Below, in pieces: positions 33,689 through 44,484 of a stretch of DNA of 64,000 bases. The stretch's first letter is position 1. Each line of letters opens with the position of its first letter. A model generated the notes under the pieces. The model searched no databases, was not told where the DNA came from, and saw nothing but the letters and a program-made list of their open reading frames with translations. The stretch is taken from contig OW569348.1 of the NCBI GenBank assembly GCA_937625935.1, positions 186,001-250,000 of the forward strand, read 5' to 3'. Position numbers and translations under genes: made by a program. This DNA comes from Tetramitus jugosus (lineage: Eukaryota; Protista; Heterolobosea).

Positions 33689-34059
33689 GCTCCACCATCA
33701 TTATCAAGGCAACTTCAATTGGGTGCGACCACCACCTTCATGCTCAATGTTATGACACCTTTAGATATTTCCAACCTGAAAACATTTTAATCGTAAATTA
33801 AAATTAGAACAACCTCTGAGCACAAACAAAAAATTTGACCAAAATATCAATCCATCAACATCCACTACGATTTGAAACCACAAACACAAAAAACGACCCA
33901 ATCGCCAAGGGTCAGAGCAAACAAATGAAGGCTGTCACCACATGTTCAAAAGACGATGGAAGAAAACCGGTGGTGATCTGAAAAGAAGAGTGCGATGACA
34001 CCGATAAACGTGCAGTATGGCAAGCGAAGAAAAACACACCGCTGCCAAACGAGGTTAAA

Positions 34060-34075
34060 ACAATTAGTCCGAATC
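34060..34075 (+). repeat. Target-site duplication, left copy (ACAATTAGTCCGAATC)
   Basis: Identical 16-mer at 35410-35425; directly followed by T18. Confidence 0.95.
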
Positions 34076-35409
34076 TTTTTTTTTTTTTTTTTTAATACAA
34101 CAAATGGTGCTCACGCACCACGTTGCGGAACTTTTATTTTTCTTTTGCGTGAGAGCAGGCTTGCCTGCTCTCAATTGTCTAACATGATGTGGTGCTTGCC
34201 CAGTGGAGTGGCAGGCCTACGCAACAGGATTCATTCTCTTCTTGGAATGTTGTTTTGATCCCTTCTTCAGGGACTCGTTGCGAGGGCCTCCACTACCATC
34301 TGGAGCACCACTGGTGAGGTCAGATGGCTCCGTAGTCCTAGCCAGTTGGTAGGACCTACGGAGAGCACCTGACTTGATACTGGCCAACCTGGCCGGGATC
34401 TTGTTAGCAGCAGTGTCACCAACGGTGACGCGTGCTGATCGTTTCTTGTGTTCGTTGAGTTGGGGACTCTGTAACTCACAGTCGGGGTTACTGAGATCCA
34501 ACTCAACTGGATCTTCTTCGGTGGTTGTGCTTCTTGCACGGTCCACCATGATTGCTCGGGCAGCAATCTCTTTCTTGACTTTCTTGAACACCTCGGAGGT
34601 GTTCAGTACTAGTTCGAGGATTGCTCTGTTACGAGCATCCTCATCAATGGTGTTGTTGGTTGGCTCTTGGGTGACCGTAGTTGGAGTGGCGGGATGGGAC
34701 TCCGGCATGATCGACTCCCAATCATCGGTCGTAGACGGAGTCGAAGGTTCGAATTCGGAGATTCGCTCCGGCGTCCTTGGAGACGGGGATGCGAGGGGAA
34801 TCCGGTTGACGGAAGCCATATCTTTTAACACACCTCTTGCTGACAGCCTTGACAGGATCACGTGGGCGTGGAAGGAAGCGCTTTGCTTCCACCTCCACTG
34901 GCATGGATTGAACGTTTCGAAGCAAAGCTTCGGCATACGTTTCGGACTCCATCACAACAAAGGCGGTGTCGTGCTTCTTGAGCACGTTCTTGACCTTTGT
35001 TGCGCCAAGCATGGCCTTGATGTCGTCCTCCGTCTTACCTTTTACACCGTGGAGGACGACCTTCTTGGCACAATCTACATTGTGCTTGAGTGCTGCCTTG
35101 CAGCCACTCATCTTCTTGTTGCGGTTGAAGGATTCAACAAATGGGTAGATGTTGTCATCAACAACAGTTACCCACGCAACAAACCTCTTGGGGCCCTTCT
35201 TGATGACTTGAACCCTGGTGAGCAAATCACCAAAATCCAAGCCAATCTTCTTGGCCAAGGCAGCCTTGGGAGAGTCATCACACTTTCCTGTGATGATGAC
35301 CTCCTTGCTGCTTGGTGCAGTTCCTCTTGGTGCTGTGGTCCACACAGCATAGCGTGGATTCTCATACTCACGAACAACAGGGGTGTGTTCGTTTTTTCAT
35401 CGGCGTTTT
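34076..35409 (-). mobile_element. Poly(A)-tailed retroposed element, 1334 bp, non-autonomous non-LTR type, inserted 46 bp upstream of tRNA-Lys
   Basis: A18 tail (T at 34076-34093), 16-bp TSD, visibly more GC-rich than flanks, ORF1-like coding frames, 3' hairpins, no RT or endonuclease. Confidence 0.88.
34217..35400 (-). pseudogene. Element-encoded RRM-like (ORF1/gag-like) reading frame, split across frames
   Basis: ORF 34722-35345 has RRM-like KKVVLHG-TEDDIKAML-TAFVVM-ETYAEALL-VEVEA; overlapping ORF 34217-34936 is in +1 frame; ATG at 35400 is out of frame by one A of an A6 run. Confidence 0.55.
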
Positions 35410-35425
35410 ACAATTAGTCCGAATC
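35410..35425 (+). repeat. Target-site duplication, right copy (ACAATTAGTCCGAATC)
   Basis: Identical to 34060-34075. Confidence 0.95.
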
Positions 35426-35455
35426 GATTTGTGCTATTTTGAGAATGGATATGTA

Positions 35456-35528
35456 GCCCGTCTAGCTCAGTCGGTAGAGCGCAAGGCTCTTAACCTTGTG
35501 GTCGAGGGTTCGAGCCCCTCGGTGGGCG
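35456..35528 (+). tRNA. tRNA-Lys (anticodon CTT)
   Basis: Complete cloverleaf GCCCGTC-GCTC/GAGC-CAAGG CT CTT AA CCTTG-GAGGG TTCGAGC CCCTC-GGTGGGC G, followed by TTTT. Confidence 0.98.
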
Positions 35529-35648
35529 ATCACTTTTAGCTCTTTCCCGACCGGACCAAGAGAACCTTTTTTCCTTCTTTCCGATTTCGAACAGGACGAA
35601 TAGCAAGAACAAAAATTTCAAATCAAATAAACAACAACAAGGGAAGTC

Positions 35649-38600
35649 ATGAGTGACAACTTATTTGCCAATAGCAGCAGCAACAACGACGGAGATGATC
35701 TGTTTGGTGACAACAACAGTGACTTTTCCTCCATCATTAGCTCTCCTTTCGATGAAGATCCGAACAACAACAATCATCAAGAACAAGAATCATCAACAAC
35801 CAATGATGAATCAGCAGCAGTCAATGATGAATCAATCATGTTGAATCAATGGAACAACACTTCTTCTGATCATGGTCATTCCTCACCATCATCATCATCA
35901 TCATCACATTCTTCCTCTCCTGCTTCTTCCTTGTCACCATCACACAATCAACAACAGGAGAAGCAATCAGCAGCAGCAACAGTAGTTGTCAAAGAAGAAG
36001 AAGAGGAAGACTTGTTTGGTAACTCTGGTTCCTCCAATTTTGCTGATGAGTTTGGCAGTGTCGATGACAATCCATTCTTGAAAGAGTTGGGTCAACAGCA
36101 GCAACAGCTACCACAACCACCACCACCACAAGATTTTTCATCTTCTGTTGGTCATGGTGCAGTGAGTGAACAAAACTGGTTTCATCAAGTGCCACATGCA
36201 TCACAACCACCACCACCATCATCATCATCCATCATGGATCAACACTACAATAATGATCCGTATCAGCAACAACAACATCAGCAACAGGCACAGCAAAATG
36301 TTGATTACATGCAATCACCTCCATCATCATCATCAACAGTGGATCCAATGATGGCAATGATGATGCACAATAAGCCACCACAGCAGATCCAAGTTGAGAA
36401 TCAACCATTGTTAATGAACCCAAAGATTCATCAACACACGGCTTCAGTCATGACTTCCTCTCCACTTGTTGTTTCACCACCAGTTGATCAATCATTCCCA
36501 CTTCAACAACAACAACAGCAACAACAGCAGAATCATACTACTAATCAATGGAATAATGGACCATCATCTACTACCACCACCACTGCAGCAGCAGCAGCAA
36601 CATTTCCACCACAACAAACAACACCATTGTATGGAGGACAACCACAGCAGCAGCAACAACAACACTCAATGATGATGATGATGAATCCACGACAACATTC
36701 ACAATATCATCAAACACCAAGCATGATGTACACTGGAGGTTCTCAATCTGCTGCTACCATGGTCAATCAATCACCATTCCATCCGATTCCATCTCATTCG
36801 CCTGTAATGATGATGAATCCACAACAACAGCATCAGCAGCATCAACAGCATCAACAGCATCAACAGCATCAGCAGACACCATCATCGTCTCAGCCATCCT
36901 CTGCATCGTCTTCACCTGCTCCATGGCAACAACAACAAGCACAGCAACAAGGTGGACCACCACCAATGAATCAACAACATTGGTCTGCTTCTTCACCACA
37001 ACCAAACAATGCTTATCAACAGCAGCAACAACCACCGTATGATCATTCCTATCAACAACATCAGAATAATCAATTCAATCAACAACCACCACCACAGCAT
37101 CGAGGTTCACCATGGCAACAACAACAGCAACAACAACAACCACCACACAGACAACCAACACCTACTCAAGGTTGGGCTCAAGAACAGCAACAACAACCAC
37201 CTCAGTCACAGTGGAATCAACAACACCCATCTCAGTGGCCCCAACAACAGAGGCAATCACCATCACCTGCTCATTACCAGCAGCAGCAGCAACAATCGCA
37301 GTGGAATCAACAACCACCACGAATGTATGGTGGTCAACATTGGAATCAACAGCAACAACAACAACCACCAATGAACGGTGGTGGTTTTGGACAACATCAG
37401 CAACAAGTTCATCAAGGAATGCAATACTTTAAGCCACCTCCTGCTTTGCCCATCTTCTCATTTGGCTTTGGAAAAACAGCATTCATCAGTGCCAATTCAA
37501 CTCAAGTCACAGTGTTCAATGGTCTCAATGGAATCGTGTCAAACAACAGACCAGAAATTGTTGCTGCGTTGGATATCGAAGATCAGAACTCGAAGCAGAA
37601 TTATCTTGATTTCACGCTCAATACTTTGCTGAGCCATGCTTCAAGAGAGCAGTGGGAGTTGTGGCAAGTCGTTCAAATGATGGCCAAGTACGGCAATGAT
37701 AAGAATTTGCTTAGAGAACAAGTTTGTCAATTCTTGTTGTCATTTAGTTCTCAGGAACCGTTGCAATCGCCTCAGGTGCAAGTAGCGTACAATGAAGCGC
37801 TCATTCTACCATTTTTGCAATCAGGAAATGTGAGAGGAGCGATCGATGAGGCAATGAATCGAGGAATGTATGCAATCGCATTGTTGCTTGCCCAAGGATG
37901 GCCAGAACTCAACATGCAACAGCAAGTTATGCAAGCAGTGGCTAACAGCACAGCTCCTGTTCTGGGTTCACTATTAGGCCTTTCCAGCAATAATACTGGA
38001 AAGGATTGGAGAAGAACTGTAGCTTTAATTTTGAAGAATCAATGTCAATCCAATGGGATTGGTGTTATTCAGAGCATTGGAGATAACTTTTGGAAAGATC
38101 AAAGAAATGTGTACAGCGCTCATTTGTGCTACATCGCCTGTGGACTTCTCTCTGCTGACAACGAAGTGTTATTGAATCGAGTTGTTCTGTTGGGAGGTGA
38201 TCACAAGCGTAATTTGAAGGGATTCTTTAACAAGGAGACAATTGAACGCAGTTTGTTTATTCCAGAGATTACAGCATCACAGAAATTCCAACCTTTCAAG
38301 TTAGTCTATGCTCTTCACTTAGTATCACAGTGTGGTAACTACGCTTTGGCTCAAAAGTACTTGAACTCCATACCGAAGGCCAACTACAATGCTCAATTCC
38401 AATATCAATTGGATGTGCTTTCCCAGAGATTAAGAGATGTTTTGGGCAAGAGTTCTGGAGGATTCTTTAATAAGGCTGGTGGAGGTGGTGTCACAAACTG
38501 GTTGTTTAAGAGTTTTGAAAACTTGATCCATGGTGACGAGAGTCCTCAAAGCGCGCCACAGGCTGTTCAAAGACAATCCCAAGCACTATCTCAAACTCCT

Positions 38601-39260
38601 GTTGTTGCTCAAACTCCTGACCGCACACTCTCCACTCCACCCGTGACTCAAGCACCAAAGGAGCAACCTCAACCATCGACCAAAAACACATCCCACAAAA
38701 AAACAGGTAGTGGTTGGTTCACATCTCTCTTGGGAGGGGCAGCAAAGAAGAAGAATGAGGTTAACTTTGGTTCTGATAATGAGCTTGAATATTGTCCAAT
38801 TAGAAAGAAGTGGGTCTCCAAGGGTATGGCTGGCAATGTATCTGCTGAAGAATTAGAAAAGGAGAGAAAGGCAATGGCACCACCTGAAATTCCACAGATG
38901 GACTTTTTGAACACCTCAGGGCCTAGCATATCTAGACGAGGCGGTCACTTGGACTTGTTTAACACAAATGCACCACCAACCTCATCTGCCTCTCCAATCA
39001 CAAGTATGTTTCCTCAGAGTACCAGTGGTGGTCCACCTCCACTTTCACGCCCTCCAACAAGCTTCTTTGTACCATCATCTTCTGGTGCCCCTCCTCTCAC
39101 TCCAATGCAACCAACATTTGTTCCGAACCAAGATAGTGGTGCCCCAAGCTATTCACCACCAATGGCCACTTCACTGGGTCATCGTTCTCAATCTGTTCCA
39201 GTGGGTCCTCCATCCACTGACTCTGGGCCGCCACATAGAATCAGTACACCTCTCAACTAA
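35649..39260 (+). CDS. SEC16: Sec16-like COPII scaffold with Q/P-rich N-terminal half
   Basis: AIALLLA, IGDNFW...AHLCY, VLLGGDH, PFKLVYALHL...AQKY central domain; FGSDNELEYCPIRKKWV C-terminal motif. Confidence 0.8.
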   Translation: MSDNLFANSSSNNDGDDLFGDNNSDFSSIISSPFDEDPNNNNHQEQESSTTNDESAAVNDESIMLNQWNNTSSDHGHSSPSSSSSSHSSSPASSLSPSHNQQQEKQSAAATVVVKEEEEEDLFGNSGSSNFADEFGSVDDNPFLKELGQQQQQLPQPPPPQDFSSSVGHGAVSEQNWFHQVPHASQPPPPSSSSIMDQHYNNDPYQQQQHQQQAQQNVDYMQSPPSSSSTVDPMMAMMMHNKPPQQIQVENQPLLMNPKIHQHTASVMTSSPLVVSPPVDQSFPLQQQQQQQQQNHTTNQWNNGPSSTTTTTAAAAATFPPQQTTPLYGGQPQQQQQQHSMMMMMNPRQHSQYHQTPSMMYTGGSQSAATMVNQSPFHPIPSHSPVMMMNPQQQHQQHQQHQQHQQHQQTPSSSQPSSASSSPAPWQQQQAQQQGGPPPMNQQHWSASSPQPNNAYQQQQQPPYDHSYQQHQNNQFNQQPPPQHRGSPWQQQQQQQQPPHRQPTPTQGWAQEQQQQPPQSQWNQQHPSQWPQQQRQSPSPAHYQQQQQQSQWNQQPPRMYGGQHWNQQQQQQPPMNGGGFGQHQQQVHQGMQYFKPPPALPIFSFGFGKTAFISANSTQVTVFNGLNGIVSNNRPEIVAALDIEDQNSKQNYLDFTLNTLLSHASREQWELWQVVQMMAKYGNDKNLLREQVCQFLLSFSSQEPLQSPQVQVAYNEALILPFLQSGNVRGAIDEAMNRGMYAIALLLAQGWPELNMQQQVMQAVANSTAPVLGSLLGLSSNNTGKDWRRTVALILKNQCQSNGIGVIQSIGDNFWKDQRNVYSAHLCYIACGLLSADNEVLLNRVVLLGGDHKRNLKGFFNKETIERSLFIPEITASQKFQPFKLVYALHLVSQCGNYALAQKYLNSIPKANYNAQFQYQLDVLSQRLRDVLGKSSGGFFNKAGGGGVTNWLFKSFENLIHGDESPQSAPQAVQRQSQALSQTPVVAQTPDRTLSTPPVTQAPKEQPQPSTKNTSHKKTGSGWFTSLLGGAAKKKNEVNFGSDNELEYCPIRKKWVSKGMAGNVSAEELEKERKAMAPPEIPQMDFLNTSGPSISRRGGHLDLFNTNAPPTSSASPITSMFPQSTSGGPPPLSRPPTSFFVPSSSGAPPLTPMQPTFVPNQDSGAPSYSPPMATSLGHRSQSVPVGPPSTDSGPPHRISTPLN

Positions 39261-39433
39261 CTTGTGTACAACATATAATACAATACAATAAGAAGAAGAA
39301 GTTAAATTACACGAAATAAAGCAAATTAGTGTATTCAGAGGGGGTCTATTATGCAAAAGATCGCTTTCGATTGCCGCCAAACTTTTGGGTCTACTGAAGA
39401 AACGCACAAGGAATTGAGAGAATCGAACTGAGC

Positions 39434-40870
39434 ATGAGTAGAATCAGCAGTAGAAACCCAATATCTGCCTATACTTTGGACGATGATGTCGCAAGTTTAT
39501 CCTCTTCCACTCACTCCTCCACTCCTGTTCGGTCAATGACCTCGAGCAATAACAAGTCTCCAAGAACCCAAGTGTCATCCCATTCAATGATTGAATCATA
39601 TGAATATGATCTGAATCATGATTCTAGCGAAGAGGATGAAATTTATTCCATTTCATCCGAAGATGAACACACTGGTTCCTTTGGGTCAAAGTCGAAGTCC
39701 ACTCCCTCCACTGCTTCACATGGCGATCGATTCGAAGAGTCAGAAGAGGCAACATTGATGGATATGATGGTAAGTTACAGTAGCAGTCGGAGGGTAACTC
39801 AGAATACTACTGACAAGAAGAGTAACAAAAATGAAGGAAAGAGACACTTTAACACAAGACCGAACAGCAGGCCATCATCCGCTAAGCAGTTCTCTCCAGT
39901 TAACGATTCAATTGTGAGTAGTAATGAAACGAGTAGTTACTCTTCGCTGGATAGTATGATGAATATGGACGCTCTCGCTCAGAAGGAGCTTCACTTGAGA
40001 AAGTTGAACGAGGCCATCAACGCTGAATCCAAGCATGTATTACAACAAGCTGCTCATATCGTTAAATTGCAAGAGAAGAAATTAGAAGAAGTTGGTGTGA
40101 GACAAAAGACAACTCCCAGTCGACCAAGCTCAGCCAAAGTCTTCAAGACAAGGCCGTCTTCTGCGACTGCTGTTCAAGCTGTGCGATCTGTCATTGACGA
40201 AGGTAATAATACTCCTGACTCTAATCTTGATCAAGTAGCAGAACAAATGGGATTAGAAGCAGCAATGAAGTTTTACAAGGCGAGAGTGAAAGTTTTAGAG
40301 AAAGAGCTCGAGGATGTTTCAATCAAATTCAAACAAGCAGATGAATTATCTCGTCAAAGCGAGAGCAAAGTGAAGGATCTGATACTAGAGAATAAGAAGC
40401 TCGAGAAACAGGTTCTTCAACATCAACAAAAATTTGATAAACAAAAGAAAGAACTGGACACTATGCAAGAGAAGTACAAGAATAGTATGTCCCAAATTAA
40501 TGAAATGAGAAAAGAGATAGAACCATTGAAAAGAGGACAGAGCAAAGAATCAGCAAGAGTCAACTCATCGGAAACAAAAGGAAAAGATGTTCGGTTGACT
40601 AGAGCTCTTGAAGAAATAGAGAAGTACAAGATGCAATTAACTAAACTCCAAAAAGAAAGAGGTGATGCGAGTGATAGTGTTCGGCGAGAGTGTGAGAAGT
40701 TTCGTCAGGACAATAAGAAGTTGGAACGACAGAAACAGGACTTAGTCATGGCATTCAAGAAACAGATGAAGTTAATCGATATATTGAAGAGACAAAAGAT
40801 CCATATTGAAGCTGCCCGTTTACTGAGTTTCACTGAAAAAGAATTTGCTGAAACGCTCAATTGGAAGTAA
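39434..40870 (+). CDS. TEX9: Testis-expressed protein 9 (centriole/cilium coiled-coil protein)
   Basis: DVRLTRALEEIEKYK and AFKKQMKLIDILKRQKIHIEAARLLSFTEKEF C-terminal signature. Confidence 0.88.
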   Translation: MSRISSRNPISAYTLDDDVASLSSSTHSSTPVRSMTSSNNKSPRTQVSSHSMIESYEYDLNHDSSEEDEIYSISSEDEHTGSFGSKSKSTPSTASHGDRFEESEEATLMDMMVSYSSSRRVTQNTTDKKSNKNEGKRHFNTRPNSRPSSAKQFSPVNDSIVSSNETSSYSSLDSMMNMDALAQKELHLRKLNEAINAESKHVLQQAAHIVKLQEKKLEEVGVRQKTTPSRPSSAKVFKTRPSSATAVQAVRSVIDEGNNTPDSNLDQVAEQMGLEAAMKFYKARVKVLEKELEDVSIKFKQADELSRQSESKVKDLILENKKLEKQVLQHQQKFDKQKKELDTMQEKYKNSMSQINEMRKEIEPLKRGQSKESARVNSSETKGKDVRLTRALEEIEKYKMQLTKLQKERGDASDSVRRECEKFRQDNKKLERQKQDLVMAFKKQMKLIDILKRQKIHIEAARLLSFTEKEFAETLNWK

Positions 40871-40890
40871 GTCGAAAAACAGGCTGTCAT

Positions 40891-43382
40891 TCAGGCCTCA
40901 TCTTTTGACTTCCCTAACATCTGCGAGTCCATTAAACCTTTCATACTTATTTCTCTCTCAATGCTTCTTTTAGCATGAAACATGTTGAATGAAGTCGAGT
41001 TCTCGAACTTAAGCCCACTTAAGTCAATTTCGGATTGAATCTTCTTGGCGAAAATCTGAATCTTTTCATCTAGATTATAAGGATCATACACATATTCATC
41101 ATCCTTTAATGTTGTTTCTTCTCGAGTTCTTTTTAATTTGAATTCTAGTTCTTCTAATTCCAACCGATCGGCTTCGTTTAAAGATACTCTCATGATAGTA
41201 CCTGTTGTGGTACCCAGAAATATATCTTTCCTCTCTCTGTCGAACGTTACGCTCGTAAACTCTCTATTTTCCTTTGAGTATTGAAATTGGATATCATTAC
41301 TAGAATAATCCCACATCAGTAGAGTACCATCTCGTGCAGTGGAGATGAGAACTCCAGTGTCAGCTGAGGAGACTAGACTTGTTATCGCCGCCTTATGCAT
41401 CCTAAAACTTCTCAACCTCTGTCTCAGTAAGGTATTCCACATTATTATCATATTGTCTTCGCTACCTGAGAACAGAAAGTATCCATCCAATGCAAAACAG
41501 GTAACAGCCCTTTGATGCCCTATCATCGCACCTTTTAATTTTAAGTCAGTTGACCATACTTTAATTTTTCCATCGTTAGAACCAGATATTATTGAGTCAT
41601 CCATTTTATTGTAAATCAAGGAGATGATTTCGGTAGAATGTGCGTTTTCGATCATAATATAAGTTGGTTTTCGATACACTCGTTGAAAGGTAGTTAGTGC
41701 CATGGATCCATCATAACTGCAGGATGCAACAAAATACTTTTTGTTTGGAAGATGTAACTCGCTCTGAGGTGCATGAGACCGTGAGGATGTTGGAGTGGCA
41801 ACATCCCCTACTCTTTCAAGGAAAATAATAGCTGAAACTGTATTAGTGTGAATCGGTAGGGAACATAATTTCCCTTGTTCAAAGTTCCAAAAGCAAACCG
41901 ATCCTCTATCATTTCCGGTTATGAAATGAACCTTATTATGATTGCATAACCGAAGGCTAGAAGATATTTCCGGTCCATGATTCACTAGAACTTGCTTACA
42001 TACTGTGTCAAACTTATCTACGTGCCATAAACATATCTTATTATCAGCACCTGCTGATACTAATCGGCTATTAGTTAGCAATGTTTCATCTAAGTGCAAT
42101 CCAACTATTGATTCAGTGTGTTCAATAATGTCATGATGCGGTATGAATCGTTTCACTCTATACACTTGAATGACGTTTCTGGTTGAGCATAAAACAAACT
42201 CAGAATTAGGATGAAGAGATATATGTGTACAATCCAAACCTGCGTCACAAGAAAATATGATAGCTCCCTTCCGATATTGATATACATCGAGCTTTCCCTG
42301 CACATCAACGATCACCACCTCTTCTTGATGAGCGATCCAAGATATTCCCACCACTCTACACGGTCTTTTTATAATCGAGTAAGTTTTTGTCCCGAGCGAG
42401 TTTGAAAATCGGATCGAATTGTCATACGATACAGTAATCATTAAATTGTTTCCATATAGCACTATAATATGAGTTATTCCGAGCTTCCGTATTCTCATGT
42501 TTGAAATCCGTCGAAAATCAATGACATCATGTCTGTCTCCTCTAGACCCTATGCTCTTGTATAGAGTGATCGTTCCACTCATATCTCCAACTACTAACTC
42601 CCCTTGATCTCCAGATAAACCTTGATTGCTCGACCATAGAGTACTAACCCATCTACAATCAATAATAAGTTATTTTCTGTTCGCTATCAACTTGTGCTGA
42701 AAACATGATAGGAGTTGGATTCTACTTACCCGCCGAAATCTGATAATACTTTCAGTTGTTGGAACCACGGATGTAGTTTATACGCTTTCCTCCCAGGATC
42801 TGGTTTCCACACTCGGACAGTTTCATCGGCTCCTCCAGAAATCATTAAATCATAATGATAGGATAGAGTTAAGATAGGCTTATCGTGACCATGCATCGTC
42901 TGTAAACAAGAATTCTCTGGTAGATAAATACCAAAAGGATCCCACACTAATTCGAACAACAGAACATAATGAGACAAGTGTTACTCCATGAAATATCTCT
43001 TCAGATGTCATACCTTTGATAGAATGATCTGTTGATCCCGTGAATAGTAAGTTATGAACAGGATGAAACAGAATGCACAGAACTGAACCGAAATGACGAC
43101 CTATTCTTGTGCAATTCATATTCCTGCCTTTCTTGTCTAGTTCCCAATTCCAATACACGACGTCACCACTCTCTAATGAACCAATTGTAAAAACATCTCT
43201 CTCCATTCCCAAAACAGAGTGCTCAACATACCTGTTCCAGCGAAAATAAACATGTCTCTCCCATATTGATGCATCACATGGCACTGAAAGAGAACTGAAG
43301 AGCTGCCATTCACTTTCCGAGTGATGTGAGTACTGGAAGGAGAAGGAGGAATTGATAGCTCTTGGTGCAGTACAAGTTCCAT
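40891..43382 (-). CDS. Multi-WD40 repeat protein; complement join(43232..43382,43014..43172,42730..42946,40891..42652), 762 aa
   Basis: Three GT-AG introns (59, 67, 77 nt) restore the frame and WD motifs, e.g. STDHSIK|VWD; many GH...SGSxDxxIxxW units. Confidence 0.85.
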
Positions 43383-43504
43383 TCTTTGGAATGTTTCTTC
43401 CCGAGAACCGTCCTGTAGGAAGAGAATGGCGCCAACCTTTTCTCCGGTTTCTACTGGATTGTAGGCTAATGAACTGAATGAATTTATTAGCCGAAAGGAT
43501 AGTC

Positions 43505-44311
43505 TTATACGTTGGCAAATCGAAGAGACAATAACCAATCATTGAGCCAATAGAATGGATTCGAGGATTTGTCAGTCTCATTGCTTGTGTCTGGTTTAAT
43601 CTTGTCAAACAGAAGATTTTGACTATAATCCATCTTTTCAAGCTTGTTCAATCGATCCTGTAGCTCCCTCAGCATTTCATTTCTTGCTTGAATACCAAAG
43701 GTCTTTGTTCGAATGTCCATGAGATGTGTGTGCTCTTCGGACCCTGTTTCGAACCAAATTACTGGTGTCAATCCAGATGCAATCCTCTCTCCCTCATAAA
43801 CCAATCGATACGCATGATACATGAACTTGTTGTAGTCATACTTGGCCTTTCCCATCATTTGCTTAATTTCTGAACGAGCATACCCAATGTAAGCTCTCAC
43901 AGTTTGACCAGTGAGCAATGTGTGTGCGTGCTGCTTGAGTTTCTTCCACTCTTCTGTCTGATAGGTCAATTCATCACGGCAGAACAAGCTCTGCATAATG
44001 ACTGGACTGCCAGACTGCACCGACTCAATGAACTTGCCAACTTCATAACATGTGATATCAGGGTGATCTGCGTCCACCTTCTCATCACGAGATACAATCT
44101 GTGGCGGCCTCAATTCTTGCATGGACAGCAATAGCTTGGAATCTGCTTGGTACACACAAAAGTAGTCATTGTCGCTGTTTTCAAGGGCACAGTTGTAGCA
44201 TTGACTGCCTGCGATCATGGCAAAGATCAACTTGTAGGAACCGATAGCCAATCCCTTTTTCTGCAAGAAGGAATCGCACACTTCTTGACAATCGTTATGG
44301 ATGAATGACAT
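43505..44311 (-). CDS. Pol-beta-superfamily nucleotidyltransferase of the YcgL/RlaP-like family
   Basis: GSQCYNCALENSDNDY motif, YEVGKF, AYIGYA, KFMYHAYRL, LMDIR. Confidence 0.82.
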   Translation of the reverse strand: MSFIHNDCQEVCDSFLQKKGLAIGSYKLIFAMIAGSQCYNCALENSDNDYFCVYQADSKLLLSMQELRPPQIVSRDEKVDADHPDITCYEVGKFIESVQSGSPVIMQSLFCRDELTYQTEEWKKLKQHAHTLLTGQTVRAYIGYARSEIKQMMGKAKYDYNKFMYHAYRLVYEGERIASGLTPVIWFETGSEEHTHLMDIRTKTFGIQARNEMLRELQDRLNKLEKMDYSQNLLFDKIKPDTSNETDKSSNPFYWLNDWLLSLRFANV

Positions 44312-44484
44312 TGTTTGCTTTGATTTTTTTGAATGGTTTTATGAAAGTGAATGTTCCGTTCCTTGTGTTCTATTGAAGACAATAGGTGCGTTTGTCGAAT
44401 GTGTAGTTTGATTCTTGTGGTATTTATTACAGTTTTGTGGGAACGTCGTATGCACATCCGTTGTCTAGTATCACCAGTGAAGAG

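Noticed and set aside
34374-35417. 347-codon antisense ORF across the retroelement
   Set aside because: TTG start, no recognisable domain, codon-register mirror of the sense RRM-like ORF in a GC-richer segment; likely a shadow ORF.
36829-36873. Tandem 9-nt CAGCATCAA-type repeat and many CAA/GAT/AAC triplet runs
   Set aside because: Coding low-complexity poly-Q/H/D/N tracts; no spacers, so not CRISPR or satellite.
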